Below are positions 12,718-26,611 of a stretch of DNA of 64,000 nt, piece after piece; the stretch's first letter is position 1; every line of letters starts with the position of its first letter. The position numbers and the translations under genes are program-made. The notes under the pieces were generated by a model. The model did not search any database. It worked only from the letters and a program-made list of their open reading frames with translations, and was not told where the DNA came from. The stretch comes from Eledone cirrhosa (lineage: Eukaryota), in NCBI GenBank assembly GCA_964016885.1, contig OZ024764.1, forward strand, positions 14,570,001-14,634,000, read 5' to 3'.

Positions 12718-13294
12718 CTAGCAGTGGTACCCGGCGTTGCACGGGATAAGGTATTGTGAAATATATAACCGGCTTAGCTAAGCTTAGTATTGCCACAACC
12801 ACGGCTGGCAAAGAAGTAAGGGTCTGGAGGTACGTAAGTAAGCAACACTGTGGCTTAAAACGTGAGGAAGAAGTTGTGTGCACTTACCAACTGTTTGGGG
12901 AATGAGTGTGAGATTTGTCTTGAGCAAGGGTGGCAGAATAACTGGAGGCAGCAGACAGCAAGACATACAGACATATATTATAAGGGCGCATTCTGGACGC
13001 AGAGCGAATTGTGGGAAGTGACGTAATGCAGACAGCCAGACATACAGACAGATATTATAAGGGCGCGACGTTATATGTATGTATCTATCTAAAAGGAGAA
13101 AGACTAAGAATTATAGAGAGAGATCGCTAAATCGCCTAATGCGGTCCCTAGGGCATTGAAAATTTGAAATTTTTTTTTTTTGCTCAGAACACTCCCTGAA
13201 ACAAATGTGTAAAGTTTGAAAACAGTCGGTTGGGTGGTTCCGAGTTTTAGGGATTCAAATTCACACACACACAGACAGACATCCTCAGTTTTAT
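12718..13294 (-). mobile_element. Non-autonomous Helitron-like element
   Basis: On the minus strand: 5' ataaaactgaggatgtctgtctgtgtg, 3' hairpin cccgtgcaacgccggg then CTAG-T; termini shared with 62442-63052. Confidence 0.7.
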
Positions 13295-13972
13295 CATCAT
13301 CATCATCAGCATTGTTTAACGTTCATCTTCCACGCTTGCATGGGTTTGGACGAGAGTTTTCCCACTTGAGGCAAGATTGGTTGTCCTGCTCATATAGGAC
13401 TGTCTGGCGGGTTTTCTACGGCTGGATGCCCTTCCTAACACCAACCACGTTTACAGTGTGGACTGGGAGGTTTTTACAGTGTTACCTACACGGCCACATT
13501 ACAGCATGGACTGTGTGTTTTTTTTGTCATGACACCTACACGTCTGGCGGGTTTTCTACGACTGGATGCCCTTCCTAACACCAACCACGTTTACAGTGTG
13601 GACTGGGAGGTTTTTACAGTGTTACCTACACGGCCACATTACAGCATGGACTGTGTGTTTTTTTTGTCATGACACCTACACGTCTGGCGGGTTTTCTACG
13701 ACTGGATGCCCTTCCTAACACCAACCACGTTTACAGTGTGGACTGGGAGGTTTTTACCGTGTTACCTACACAGCCACATTACAGCGTGGACTGTGTGTTT
13801 TTTTGTCGTGACACCTACACGACCTCATTTGTTTCGGACTGGATGTTGTGGTACCAACATAACTTCACATTGAAGGGGGTGGTGTGGATGGGGTGAGGGT
13901 AGTGGGACGGGGGTGTATTTTTGTTAGAGGTGCCTACTTACTGACTGTAGGTTTCACTTTGTACTTAGGCAA
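13292..13972 (-). mobile_element. Same retroposon family as 8270-9000, reverse orientation, ~140-bp internal tandem
   Basis: Reverse-complement similarity along the whole length; (CAT)n at the left end. Confidence 0.75.
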
Positions 13973-14020
13973 TATATATATATATTACTGTTGTTATCGT
14001 TGTTGTTGTTGTTGTTGCAG

Positions 14021-14184
14021 GAGAGAACCTATAACGACACTGCGACTATTCTGTGATATCTGTGAAGAGTTTGACAAACACGACACTGAGGACTGTCCCC
14101 ATCAGACCATGAGTGATAGCCCTCCCTGTACACAGTACCATGGGTCTCCGAAGCAGGAGCGCGACTACTGTGAAATATGTGAAG
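14021..14184 (+). CDS. CLIP1: CLIP1-family exon: zinc knuckle 1 and first half of zinc knuckle 2
   Basis: Acceptor gttgcag, donor GAAG|gtaagt. [47 protein letters not shown] matches the CLIP-170 C-terminal metal-binding region (RLFCDIC..FD.HDTEDCP.Q). Phase 2 in, phase 1 out. Confidence 0.95.
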
Positions 14185-14197
14185 GTAAGTTTTACAT

Positions 14198-15845
14198 CAC
14201 ACCACCACCACCACCACCACCACCACCACCACCAGTACCACTACCAACACCACCACCACCATCTCTATCTACTACAACCACTACCACCACCACCATCTCT
14301 ATCTACTACAACCACTACCAACACCACCACCACCATCTCTATCTACTACAACCACTACCAACACCACCACCATCTCTATCTACTACAACCACAACCAACA
14401 CCATCACCATCTCTATCTACTACAACCACTACCACCACCACCATCTCTATCTACTACAACCACTACCACCACCATCATCTCTATCTACTACAACCACTAC
14501 CACTACCACCACCATCATCTCTATCTACTACAACCACTACCACTACCAACATCTCTATCTACTACAACCACTACCAACACCACCACCATCTCTATCTACT
14601 ACAACCACTACCACCACCATCATCTCTATCTACTACAACCACTACCACTACCACCACCATCATCTCTATCTACTACAACCACTACCACTACCAACACCAT
14701 CTCTATCTACTACAACCACTACCAACACCATTACTTATTCCACTACCACCAACACTACTTATTACTATCCACTACTACCACCAACACTACCTCAACTACT
14801 ACCAACACCCCACCTCTTTTATCACACTCCCCCTTACCTCTAGTCATACACTACCACCACACTACCTCCTCTACACCTTTACAGACACCATCACACTACC
14901 ACCACACCACCACCCCAATACCACCACACTACCACCCCAATACCACCACACTACCACCACCACACTACTACCCCACTACTACCACCCCACTACCACCCCA
15001 ATACCACCACCACACTACTACCCCACTACTACCACCCCACTACCACCCCAATACTACTACCCCACTACTACCACCCCACTACCACCACCACACTACTACC
15101 CCACTACTACCACCACACTACTACCCCACTACCACCACCACAACACTACCACCACACCACCACAACACTACCACCACACTACTACCCCACTACCACCACC
15201 ACACTACCACCACCACCACACTACCACCACCACACTACCACCACCACACCACCACCCCACTACCACCACCACCCCACTACCACCACGACACTACTACCCC
15301 ACTACCACCACCACACTACCACCACCACCACACTACCACCACCACCCCACTACCACCACCACACCACCACCACACCACCACCACCACTACTACCACCACA
15401 CACTTTAGTTCACTGTGAACAACACCTCATCACACACCTCGACACCATAATACAACAGAAAGCTCACTACCACCACACCACCACCACCACCCCACTACCA
15501 CCACACTACCACCACACTACCACCACCACACTTCCACCACACTCTTTAGTTCACTGTGAACAACACCTCATCACACACCTCGACACCATAATACAACAGA
15601 AAGCTCACTACCACCACACCACCACCACCCCACTACCACCACACTACCACCACACACTTTAGTTCACTGTGAACAACACCTCATCACACACCTCGACACC
15701 ATAATACAACAGAAAGCTCACTACCACCACACCACCACCACCCCACTACCACCACACCACCACCACACTACCACCACACACTTTAGTTCACTGTGAACAA
15801 CACCTCATCACACACCTCGACACCATAATACAACAGAAAGCTCAC
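14198..15845. repeat. (CAC/TAC)n low-complexity region with higher-order units
   Basis: accatctctatctactacaacc units, then ~4 copies of a ~120-140-bp unit at 15400-15845. Confidence 0.9.
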
Positions 15846-16651
15846 CTAGATCGGAGTTTTATTAAATGGTAATAGGTCGTAGATGTGTGTCTGTGTGTAT
15901 GTATATATATGTGTGTGTGTGTATCCCTGTATATATGTGTGTATGTATATATATGTGTGTGTGTGTATCCCTGTATATATGTGTGTGTATATGTATGTGT
16001 GTATCTTGTATATATATATATGTGTGTGTGTGTGTGTATCTCTATATGTGTGTATATATGTATGTGTGTATCTCTATATATATGTGTATGTGTGTATCCC
16101 TGTATATATGTGTGTGTATATATATATATATGTGTGTATATATATATATGTATGTGTATATATATATATATATATCTATATATATGTATCTCTCTCTCTA
16201 TATATATATGTGTGTGTATATATATATATATATGTGTGTGTATGTATGTATATATATAAATATGTGTGTGTGTGTATCTGTATATATATGTGTATTTCTA
16301 TATATATATATGTGTGTGTATCTCTATATATGTTTGTGTGTGTATGTATATACATATGTGTGTGTATCTCTATATATGTTTGTGTGTATATATATATATA
16401 TGTATATGCATGTTGTGTGTGTGTGTATACATGTGTTGTGTATGAGTGTATATATATATATATATATATATATACAAACATGTATATACTTGAAAATAAA
16501 AAGTATGGGTTAGTATTTAGCAACAGGAAGTACATCTGGTTGTAGAATGATTGCCTCAATAAAAACTTGTCCAACCCATGCCAGTATGGGGGAAGGGGGG
16601 TAGGGGAACAGATCTGATGAAAACGAATAGTAATGTATCTCAATATATATA

Positions 16652-17672
16652 TAGATTGGCTTGTAACATATATTCCCGCCGTTGTAATAAAACTTCTTAA
16701 TGGAAAAACGGCGGGAATATATGTTACAACCCTATATATATATATTGGGTTGTAACATATATTCCCGCCGTTCTAATAAAAATTCTTAATAGAAAAACGG
16801 CGGGAATATATGTTACAACCCAATCTACATATTTTTGGGTTGTAACATATATTCCCGCCGTTCTAATAAAAATTCTTAATAGAAAAACGGCGGGAATATA
16901 TGTTACAACCCTATATATATATATTGGGTTGTAACATATATTCCCGCCGTTCTAATAAAAATTCTTAATAGAAAAGCGGCGGGAATATATGTTACAACCC
17001 AATCTCTGTATATTGGGTTGTAACATATGTTCCCGCCGTTCTAATAATATATATATTGGGTTGTAACATATATTCCCGCCGTTCTAATAAAAATTCTTAA
17101 TAGAAAAACGGCGGGAATATATGTTACAACACTATATATATATATTGGGTTGTAACATATATTCCCGCCGTTCTAATAAAAAATTTAATAGAAAAACGGC
17201 GGGAATATATGTTACAACCCTATATATATATATTGGGTTGTAATATATTCCCGCCGTTCTAATAAAAATTCTTAATAGAAAAACGGCGGGAATATATGTT
17301 ACAACCCTATATATATATATTGGGTTGTAACATATATTCCCGCCGTTCTAATAAAAATTCTTAATAGAAAAGCGGCGGGAATATATGTTACAACCCAATC
17401 TCTGTATATTGGGTTGTAACATATGTTCCCGCCGTTCTAATAAAAAATTTTAATAGAAAAACGGCAGGAATATATGTTACAACACTATATATATATATTG
17501 GGTTGTAACATATATTCCCGCCGTTCTAATAAAAAAATTTAATAGAAAAACGGCGAGAATATATGTTACAACCCTATATATATATATTGGGTTGTAACAT
17601 ATATTCCCGCCGTTCTAATAAAAATTCTTAATAGAAAAACGGCGGGAATATATGTTACAACACTATATATAT
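16652..17672. repeat. Tandem array (~11-12x) of an ~80-bp palindromic Tc1/mariner-type MITE
   Basis: Unit TATTGGGTTGTAACATATATTCCCGCCGTT-spacer-AACGGCGGGAATATATGTTACAACCC, separated by short (TA)n runs. Confidence 0.8.
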
Positions 17673-18198
17673 TGTATTGCTCACATTTATCTGCGCTTTG
17701 CTGTCTCTCTCTTCCTCTCTCTCCCTCACTCTCCCTCTCCACCCCCCTCTCTCTCTCTCTCCCTCTGCCTGTACACACCTTCACTTTTACAAACCACGAA
17801 ATGGTTTCCCTGTTTCCTTTGGAAGGTAAGTGAAATTTTCACTTGTTAACCCCCTCTCATTTCTCTCTCATATGACACACTGTCCTAATCCCCACTCACC
17901 CCTTTAAAAACTAAAAGACATATAAGTCTGTCTGTCTGTCCATCAGTCCTTTTGTGACGTTTCTTCTACAAAAAAATTCCTGGGATAACAGATTTTTTTA
18001 AAATATATAATAATAATAATAAACCACCTGTTATTTACACCAGGTTTATATGAATTAATGTCTTTTACTGCTGGGTTTCAAACTGATTTTATATTTCCAC
18101 ACCTACACACCCCTTCTGCAGACCTTCTGGTTGACTCTATAATGTGTTAAACCCTCCTCCCCAGAGTAAACAGTAAATTGTTTCGGTTCTACAGGGTT

Positions 18199-19133
18199 TT
18201 AACCCTTTAGCATTTAAACTGGCAGAATTTTGTTGCCTTTCTTTGTTCAAACCAGCCATAACCAGCCACTTATACTTACGTTCAGGTATTGTTCTCAAAA
18301 TAAATAATATCAAAATCTCATAGATTCGATATTATGTGAGATAATTAACTGAGGTAAAGCCTTTACCATAAAAATACAATAGTATATATAGAGTAATATA
18401 AATGTTATGTGAGATATTATGTGAGGTAAAGCCTTTACTGTGACAATACAATAGTATATATAGAGTAATGTAAATGTTATGTGAGGTATTATGTGAGGTA
18501 AAGCCTTTACTGTGACAATACAATAGTATATATAGAGTAATGTAAATGCTATGTGAGATATTATGTGAGGTAAAGTCTTTACTGTGAAAATACAATAGTA
18601 TATATAGAGTAATATAAATGTTATGTGAGATATTATGTGAGGTAAAGCCTTTAATGTGACAATACAATAGTATATATAGAGTAATATAAATGTTATGTGA
18701 GATATTATGTGAGGTAAAGCCTTTACTGTGAAAATACAATAGTATATATAGAGTAATGTAAATGTTATGTGAGATATGTGAGGTAAAGCCTTTACTGTGA
18801 AAATACAATAGTATATATAGAGTAATGTAAATGTTATGTGAGATATTATGTGAGGTAAAGCCTTTACTGTGACAATACAATAGTATATATAGAATAATGT
18901 AAATGTTATGTGAGATATTATGTGAGGTAAAGCCTTTACTGTGAAAATACAATAGTATATATAGAGTAATGTAAATGTTATGTGAGATATTATGTGAGGT
19001 AAAGCCTTTACTGTGAAAATACAATAGTATATATAGAGTAATGTAAATGTTATGTGAGATATTATGTAAGGTAAAGCCTTTACTGTGAAAATATGATAGT
19101 AAATATTGAGTAATGTAAAAGCTAAAGGGTTAA
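18199..19133. mobile_element. piggyBac-type MITE with ~10 x 72-bp array
   Basis: TTAACCCTTTAGC ... GCTAAAGGGTTAA termini; same internal sequence as 831-2618. Confidence 0.85.
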
Positions 19134-21029
19134 ACACAATATTGCGTTATCTAAATGTAATGTGTAATATAAAGACTTTTTTCAAACCCACGGTTGAAAA
19201 CAAAATTTCTCTTATCCCACCACCCATATGTTGCCCTATAAATGTAGCAAAAAATGCTTGTTAACCTACTGTTGAAACATTTCTGTTGATTACCCAGGGA
19301 TAAAACAAAATTTGTTTGCCCCAACATTGAAACAAAATTTGTTAACCCATGACTGAAACAAAATCTGTTGACCCAGGAGTGAAGCAAAATTTATTAGCCT
19401 AAATGTGAGGCAAAATTTGTAGACCCACAGGTGAAACAAAATTTGTAAGATAAAGTTTGTTGATCCAGAGGTGAAACAAAATTTGTTGACCTAGAGGTGA
19501 AGCAAATTTTATTGACCCAGTGGGAGGCAAAATTTGTTGATCCAGAGGTGATACAAAATCTGTTGACCCAAATGTGAAACAAAATTTGTTAGCCTATGGG
19601 TGAGGCAAAATCTGTTGACATTGAGATGAAACAGAATTTGTTAGCCCAGATGGGAGGCAAAATTTGTTAACCTGACATTGAAATTAAATTGACGTTATCC
19701 CAATGTCCAAACAAATTTTTAAGCCCAAAAGTGTGTTTAACCCTCGTCTCCCTTTCTACAGTCACAGAGGGCACCCCATTCCCTCAAACTGACGCCCAAG
19801 CCCCTCTTAGCCAATAGTATAATTACTAAACTTATTTCTGTTGCTGTTGTTATTGTTGGGCTAACAATTTTCTAGCATGTGTTGGAATGCTGTAGCTATA
19901 TTTAGCCTACTAAATGCTTCCGCCATCATGTTTGTTAACCTACATTCTCTCATCAAATCATTGAAATGGGCAATGGGTGTAAGCAAAGGCCAGTGGATTA
20001 ACCAATTAGTTTTACTTGTAATCATGAGATTTATTAAGATATTTAATTCAAGTTATGAACCAAAGGATTGATGAAGTTCAAGCCATTTGTTTATTTCTGA
20101 GATCATTTCAGTTTATTGAAATGCAATTGTAGTAATCTGTAACAATTTACTGATTAATGAATTTATTAATTTATTAATTATATTGACAAAGATCATAATT
20201 AGGATCTATGACATTAAGATACTCAAATACTGAGGCTTGACTAACCATTTCCTTTTAGTGCTGGTCACTGTTGTGAACTCTGATGTCATCCTTGGTCTCT
20301 GGTTGACCACAGAGAGGTGGAAGATAACCAAATACCAGGGCTTCACCGACTACTTCCTTCCTTTTCCTGATGAGGTAGAACCACAAGCAAGATGGTTGGA
20401 TAGCAACCCTAATTTTTGTTGGTCTTGCTCGTAGATCCAGCTGGATCATTTGGTGATGATTGCTTTCAATTGGTCAATCACTCTTGAAGGCGTGTCTGAG
20501 GGCTCTGCCCCCAGAACCATTCCACTGCAAAGTGGAATGATAGGGGAACAAAAGCACCCAGCCCACACTGTAAATGAGGTTGGTGTTAGGAAGGGCATCC
20601 AGCCATAGCAAAGTTAACCTCGGTAGGATTTGAACTCAGACCGTAAAGAGACGTAACTCTATGCTGCATAGCATGGCGTCCGACCCTCTACTGATACTGC
20701 CAATCCATAATAAAGCCAAAAATCTATTATTATCTGTAACTTTACCTTTCATCCTTACGGGATCAATAAAATAAAGTACCAGTCACACACTCGGATCTAT
20801 TTAATCGACTTTCCCTTCCCCCAAAATTGATGGCCTTATCCCTATTCCACTGCAAAGTGGAATGATAGGGGAAAAAAAGCACCCAGCCCACACTGTAAAT
20901 GAGGTTGGTGTTAGGAAGGGCATCCAGCCATAGAAATCAAGCCAGAATCAGTTCCCGTCCCACCCTTACAAGCAGGGAAAAGCGGACGTAAAATGATGAT
21001 GATGATGATGATGACACTTACTACAGGTG

Positions 21030-21420
21030 TTTGATTAATGTATAGGCATTTGATTACAGCAATGATTTTCTCTGGGAGGCTGGTGCCTCATAAAATTTTA
21101 AAGATTATAGTTTTGTCCACACTGTCGAAAGCCTTCTTGAAATCGATGAACACAGCAAATACCGGAAGGCACCATTCTTCATGCATTTCAAGTAAATGTT
21201 TTAAAGTATTTATTTGTTCAGTGTAGCTGCAAAATGACCTAAAACCACTCTGAGTGTTGCCAATGTCACTATCAAAGCTTCTTCTTAGTCAATTCAGCAG
21301 TAATCAGTTGCACAGCTTTGCAGTACGATATACCCCTATAATTTGACATGTCGCACAAGTCACCTTTTTTGGGGGCAGAAGCACTATAATAGACTTTCTC
21401 CAATTAACAGGAGGTGATGT
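21030..21420 (-). pseudogene. Degraded non-LTR (RTE-like) reverse transcriptase fragment
   Basis: Minus strand reads QSGFRSFCSYTEQINTLKHLLEMHEEWCLPVFAVFIDFKKAFDSVD (RT motifs), with stops upstream. Confidence 0.85.
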
Positions 21421-21434
21421 GAACTGAACAACTT

Positions 21435-22572
21435 GTGGTCTATTTTTCATCATAGTCCTTAGAAAGAAACAATGCTGTTATAAATAAGATTTGAAATCAA
21501 TACATGCAAGATTTCACAGCTCTAGCATCACTCCTTCATAGGCTGACCAAGATACTCTCATGGAATGACCACATGTGGTCTATTTTTCATCATAGTCCTT
21601 AGAAAGAAACAATGCTGTTTTAAATAAGAAGATTTGAAATTAATACATGCAAGATTTCACAGCTCTAGCATCACTCCTTCATAGGCTGACCAAGATACTC
21701 TCATGGAATGACCACATGTGGTCTATTTTTCATCATAGTCCTTAGAAAGAAACAATGCTGTTTTAAATAAGAAGATTTGAAATTAATACATGCAAGATTT
21801 CACAGCTCTAGCATCACTCCTTCATAGGCTGACCAAGATACTCTCATGGAATGACCAAATGTGGTCTATTTTTCATCATAGTCCTTAGAAAGAAACAATG
21901 CTGTTTTAAATAAGAAGATTTGAAATTAATACATGCAAGATTTCACAGCTCTAGCATCACTCCTTCATAGGCTGACCAAGATACTCTCATGGAATGACCA
22001 AATGTGGTTTATTTTTCATCATAGTCCTTAGAAAGAAACAATGCTGTTTTAAATAAGAAGATTTGAAATCAATACATGCAAGATTTCACAGCTCTAGCAT
22101 CACTCCTTCATAGGCTGACCAAGATACTCTCATGGAATGACCAAATGTGGTTTATTTGTCATCATAGTCCTTAGAAAGAAACAATGCTGTTTTAAATAAG
22201 AAGATTTGAAATCAATACATGCAAGATTTCACAGCTCTAGCATCACTCCTTCATAGGCTGACCAAGATACTCTCATGGAATGACCAAATGTGGTTTATTT
22301 TTCATCATAGTCCTTAGAAAGAAACAATGCTGTTTTAAATAAGAAGATTTGAAATCAATACATGCAAGATTTCACAGCTCTAGCATCACTCCTTCATAGG
22401 CTGACCAAGATACTCTCATGGAATGATCAAATGTGGTCTATTTTTCATCATAGTCCTTAGAAAGAAACAATGCTGTTATAAATAAGAAGATTTGAAATCA
22501 ATACATGCAAGATTTCACAGCTCTAGCATCGCTCCTTCATAGTTGGCCTATGAATTTTCAGCCTACCCTCAT
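21435..22572. repeat. 143-bp tandem array (~8x) derived from a mariner-type MITE
   Basis: Period 143 (ggctgacc at 21541, 21684, 21827); ends in the right TIR cctatgaattttcagcctaccctcaTA. Confidence 0.85.
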
Positions 22573-22704
22573 ATATACATGGTTGGAGTTTGGGTCAGCG
22601 TACCCAGCTCTAGAAACGAAGCCAAAATACAGATCTGTATGAGAAGACATGAGTTGTGTCACCTGACTTGTTTCATAATGTGACAACTCATCTAAAAAAA
22701 TTTT

Positions 22705-23361
22705 TTAACCCTTTAGCATTTGCATTACTCTATATTTACTATTGTATTTTCATGGTAAACACTTTATCTCATATAATTATCTCACATAATATCAAATCTA
22801 TGAGATTTTAATATTATTTGTTTTGAGAACAATACCTTAACCCTTTAGCATTTACATTACTCTATATTTACTATTGTATTTTCACAGTAAAGGCTTTAAC
22901 TCAAATAATATCTCACATAACATTTACATTACTCTATATATACTATACTCTATATATACTATTGTATTTTCATGGTAAAGGCTTTAACTCAAATAATATC
23001 TCACATAACATTTACATTACTCTATATATACTATTGTATTTTCATGGTAAAGGCTTTACCTCACATAATATCTCACATAACATTTACATTACTCTAAATA
23101 TACTATTGTATTTTCATGGTAAAGGCTTTACCTCACATAATATCGAATATATGAGATTTTGAAAGTAATTATTTTGAGAACAATACCTTAACATCAGTTT
23201 GAGTGACCAGTTACAGCCAGTTTCAACAGAAAGAGGTAGAGAATTCTGGCCGGTTTGAACATTAAAGGGTTAAGTATGAGCAGCTGGTTTTGGCCTGTTT
23301 GAACAGAAAGGGGTGAGAGAATTTTGGCCGAATACGGCCGGCTTGAATGCTAAAGGGTTAA
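22705..23361. mobile_element. Self-nested piggyBac-type MITE
   Basis: Outer TTAA at 22705 and 23358; inner TTAA at 22837 and 23270; same layout as 2931-3655. Confidence 0.85.
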
Positions 23362-24152
23362 ATCATCTTGTGTGTGTGTTTTGTATGTGTACTTATGTCT
23401 TTTGTATGTTTGTGTGTGTGTGCCTTTTGTATGTTTGTGTGCGTGTGCCTTTTGTTTGTGTGTGTGTGTGTGCCTTTTGTATGTTTGTGTGTGTGTGCCT
23501 TTTGTATGTTTGTGTGTGTGTGCCTTTTGTATGTTTGTGTGTGAGTGTGCCTTTTGTATGTTTGTGTGCGTGTGCCTTTTGTATGTTTGTGTGTGTGTGT
23601 GCCTTTTGTATGTGTTTGTGTGTGTGTGCCTTTTGTATGTTTGTCTGTGTGTGTGCCTTTTGTATGTTTGTGTGTGTGTGTATGCCTTTTGTATGTTTGT
23701 GTGTGTGCCTTTTGTATGTTTGTGTATGTGCGTGTGCCTTTTGTATGTTTGTGTGCGTGTGCCTTTTGTATGTTTGTGTGTGTGTGCCTTTTGTATGTTT
23801 GTGTGTGTGCCTTTTGTATGTTTGTCTGTGTGTGCCTTTTGTATGTTTGTGTGTGTGTGTATGCCTTTTGTATGTTTGTGTGTGTGTCAGTATGTGTTTA
23901 TGTGTCGGTATGCCCTTTATCTATGGGGATAAGGCAGCCAGCCGTGTAGGAATGTGTCAGAATGATTTCTAGGACAGTGCGGGGCGGGGCGGGGGGGGGG
24001 GGGGTATCTACTGACCTCCACACACACACACACAACCACCACAAACACCAACAGTGCTACCACTGCAACTACTACCTAAACCAACACCGACCCTCTCTTA
24101 CTTCCACCATTACTGTATCATGGCTGACGTAGTGCTTGACAACAGTTACAGC

Positions 24153-24184
<32 letters not shown>

Positions 24185-24308
24185 TGTGTGTGTGTGTTTA
24201 CATATATATGTATGTGTGTGTGTGTGTTTACATATATATGTATGTATATATGTGTGTGTGTGTTTACATATATATGTGTGTGTGTGTGTTTATATATATA
24301 TATGGATG

Positions 24309-24343
<35 letters not shown>

Positions 24344-24558
24344 TTATATATGTATATGTGTGTGTGTGTGTTTATATATGTATATATATATATATGTGTG
24401 TGTGTTTATATATGTATGTATATGTGTGTGTGTGTGTTTATATATGTATGTATATATATATGTGTGTGTGTTTATATATGTATGTATATATATGTGTGTT
24501 TATATATATATATGTGTGTGTGTTTATATATGTATGTATATATATATATGTGTGTGTG

Positions 24559-24591
<33 letters not shown>

Positions 24592-24614
24592 GTGTGTGTG
24601 TGTGTTTATATATA

Positions 24615-24645
<31 letters not shown>

Positions 24646-24753
24646 GTATGTGTATGTATGTATATATATATATATATATATGTATACAATCATAGACATG
24701 TTTCAGAGAATTTCTGAAAATTCACTATATATATATATGTATGTGTATGTATG

Positions 24754-24800
<47 letters not shown>

Positions 24801-24844
24801 CAGAATATTAATAAATGAAGACGTTCACATAATCAAAATATATG

Positions 24845-24906
24845 TTTTATTATATATATTTCGAAGGTACTGTGCTGTTTTTTCAGTACGTCCTCATCAG
24901 ATAAAA
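24845..24906 (-). ncRNA. Minimal type I hammerhead ribozyme (inverted copy of 24961-25022)
   Basis: Reverse complement gives the same core and stems. Confidence 0.75.
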
Positions 24907-24960
24907 TACATGAATTAATGTATGACATACCTCAACTGTGCTGATGGTTCAATTCCAGTA

Positions 24961-25022
24961 TTTTATCTGATGAGGACGTACTGAAAAGACAGCACAGTAC
25001 CTTTGAAATATATATAATAAAA
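24961..25022 (+). ncRNA. Minimal type I hammerhead ribozyme
   Basis: TTTTAT-CTGATGA-(GTACTG/CAGTAC stem II)-GAAA-TATATA-TA-ATAAAA; palindromic stem III. Confidence 0.75.
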
Positions 25023-25800
25023 CATATATTTTGATTATGTGAACGTCTTCATTTATTAATATTCTGAATAATATTATTAACTCCAGAAAACTTCCTTGTA
25101 GAGTGCTTTTAATCTATTGTAAAACTATATTCATTGAGTAATCAATGAACCATATTAATCTTTGGTTATATATATATATGTATACAGAGAGAGAGAGAGA
25201 ACACTGGAAGGTAATATCCGTAGTGGTAGAGCACTCAGTCCATGGGACAAGTTTGGTAGAAGTAGTAATACAACATTGTTCTCGGTTGTATTACTACTTC
25301 TATATATATATATATATGTAGATAAATCTACCAAAAGTTTACGGTAGTGTCCAATCCGTATGAAGAACTCAATGTAATCCGGATATCATGGAAAGAAGAG
25401 ATGCATTCAAAAATCACTTTCGGTGAAAGATAAACGGAATACAGAGTCAAGATAAAATATTTAAAAAATAATGAATAAAACAAAGAAACAGTTCCTTATA
25501 TTAAACAATATATATATATATACAATACATTAACAGAGAAAGCCTTAAGCTATACTCTGACTGGCTACCATCTCACTCAACAAACATTAGGATATACCTT
25601 AGTATAATCCCAATTTTATGTTTGGGGTGCTAACTATATGTATTTTGCGGATAGCCAGTTGTATTATTTTATATGAGACATACTCCCTTTCCAAACAATT
25701 GTTTCATTATAAGTTTGGGGTGCTAACTATATGTATTTTGCGGATAGCCAGTTGTATTATTTTATATGAGATATAATTAAAATTAAAATATATCTCCCTT

Positions 25801-25922
25801 TCCAAACAATTGTTTCATTATAAGTTTTCTACAAGTTGGGAGAATGTGTCCGGGTTATGTAGAAGCCTGCACATTTTTCTGTAAGAACATATGCAGGTGG
25901 GCACTTATAAATCATCAGTGGA
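25801..25922 (-). ncRNA. Type I hammerhead with large branched stem II
   Basis: Minus strand TCCA-CTGATGA-T TTATAAGT...ACTTATAA T-GAAA-CAATTG-TT-TGGA. Confidence 0.65.
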
Positions 25923-26025
25923 TGCCCGTCAAACATTGATATAAGAAAAAAATCTCTTACCGATGTCATTTTTCGTGTTAGCAATTGTCCCTCCTCGCAT
26001 CATAATGACCGCCAAATTTGAAATT

Positions 26026-26095
<70 letters not shown>

Positions 26096-26611
26096 TTTAT
26101 ATATATATATAATATATATATATAGAGAGAGAGAGAGAAATACATACATACATACACATATATACACACACTTCAAATACAAACAAAATATATTTATATA
26201 TAAAACAATTCTTTTTTTTTTTTTTAATTAAATTTATTTTTTGCAGGTACAAATTCTCTGATATTTAAAATATGAAAATCTTCTCTTTTCTTTTCTACTT
26301 TTTTTTTTTACAAAAATATGTATAATAAAAAAAAAAAAAATGTAAATGGTGTTATGTTTAAAAATTGTTTCTGGTCTGCTAAGTTAAGGGGCAAGCAAAT
26401 GGGGTTAGGTTAGATTGGTTTGGTTTGGTTTGGTTTGGTTTGGTTGATTGTGGGTTTTCATATATCTTCTTCTTTGCTCAATTATTCCTGAGAGGGTCAT
26501 GAGAGACAGCGTCCTTAAACACAGTGGGTCCTATCAGAAGCAACTGTTTCCAACTGGTCCAGTTGATCCCCAAGGAAGCTAAGCCAAGCTTATGTGTTTG
26601 TATGTATATAT

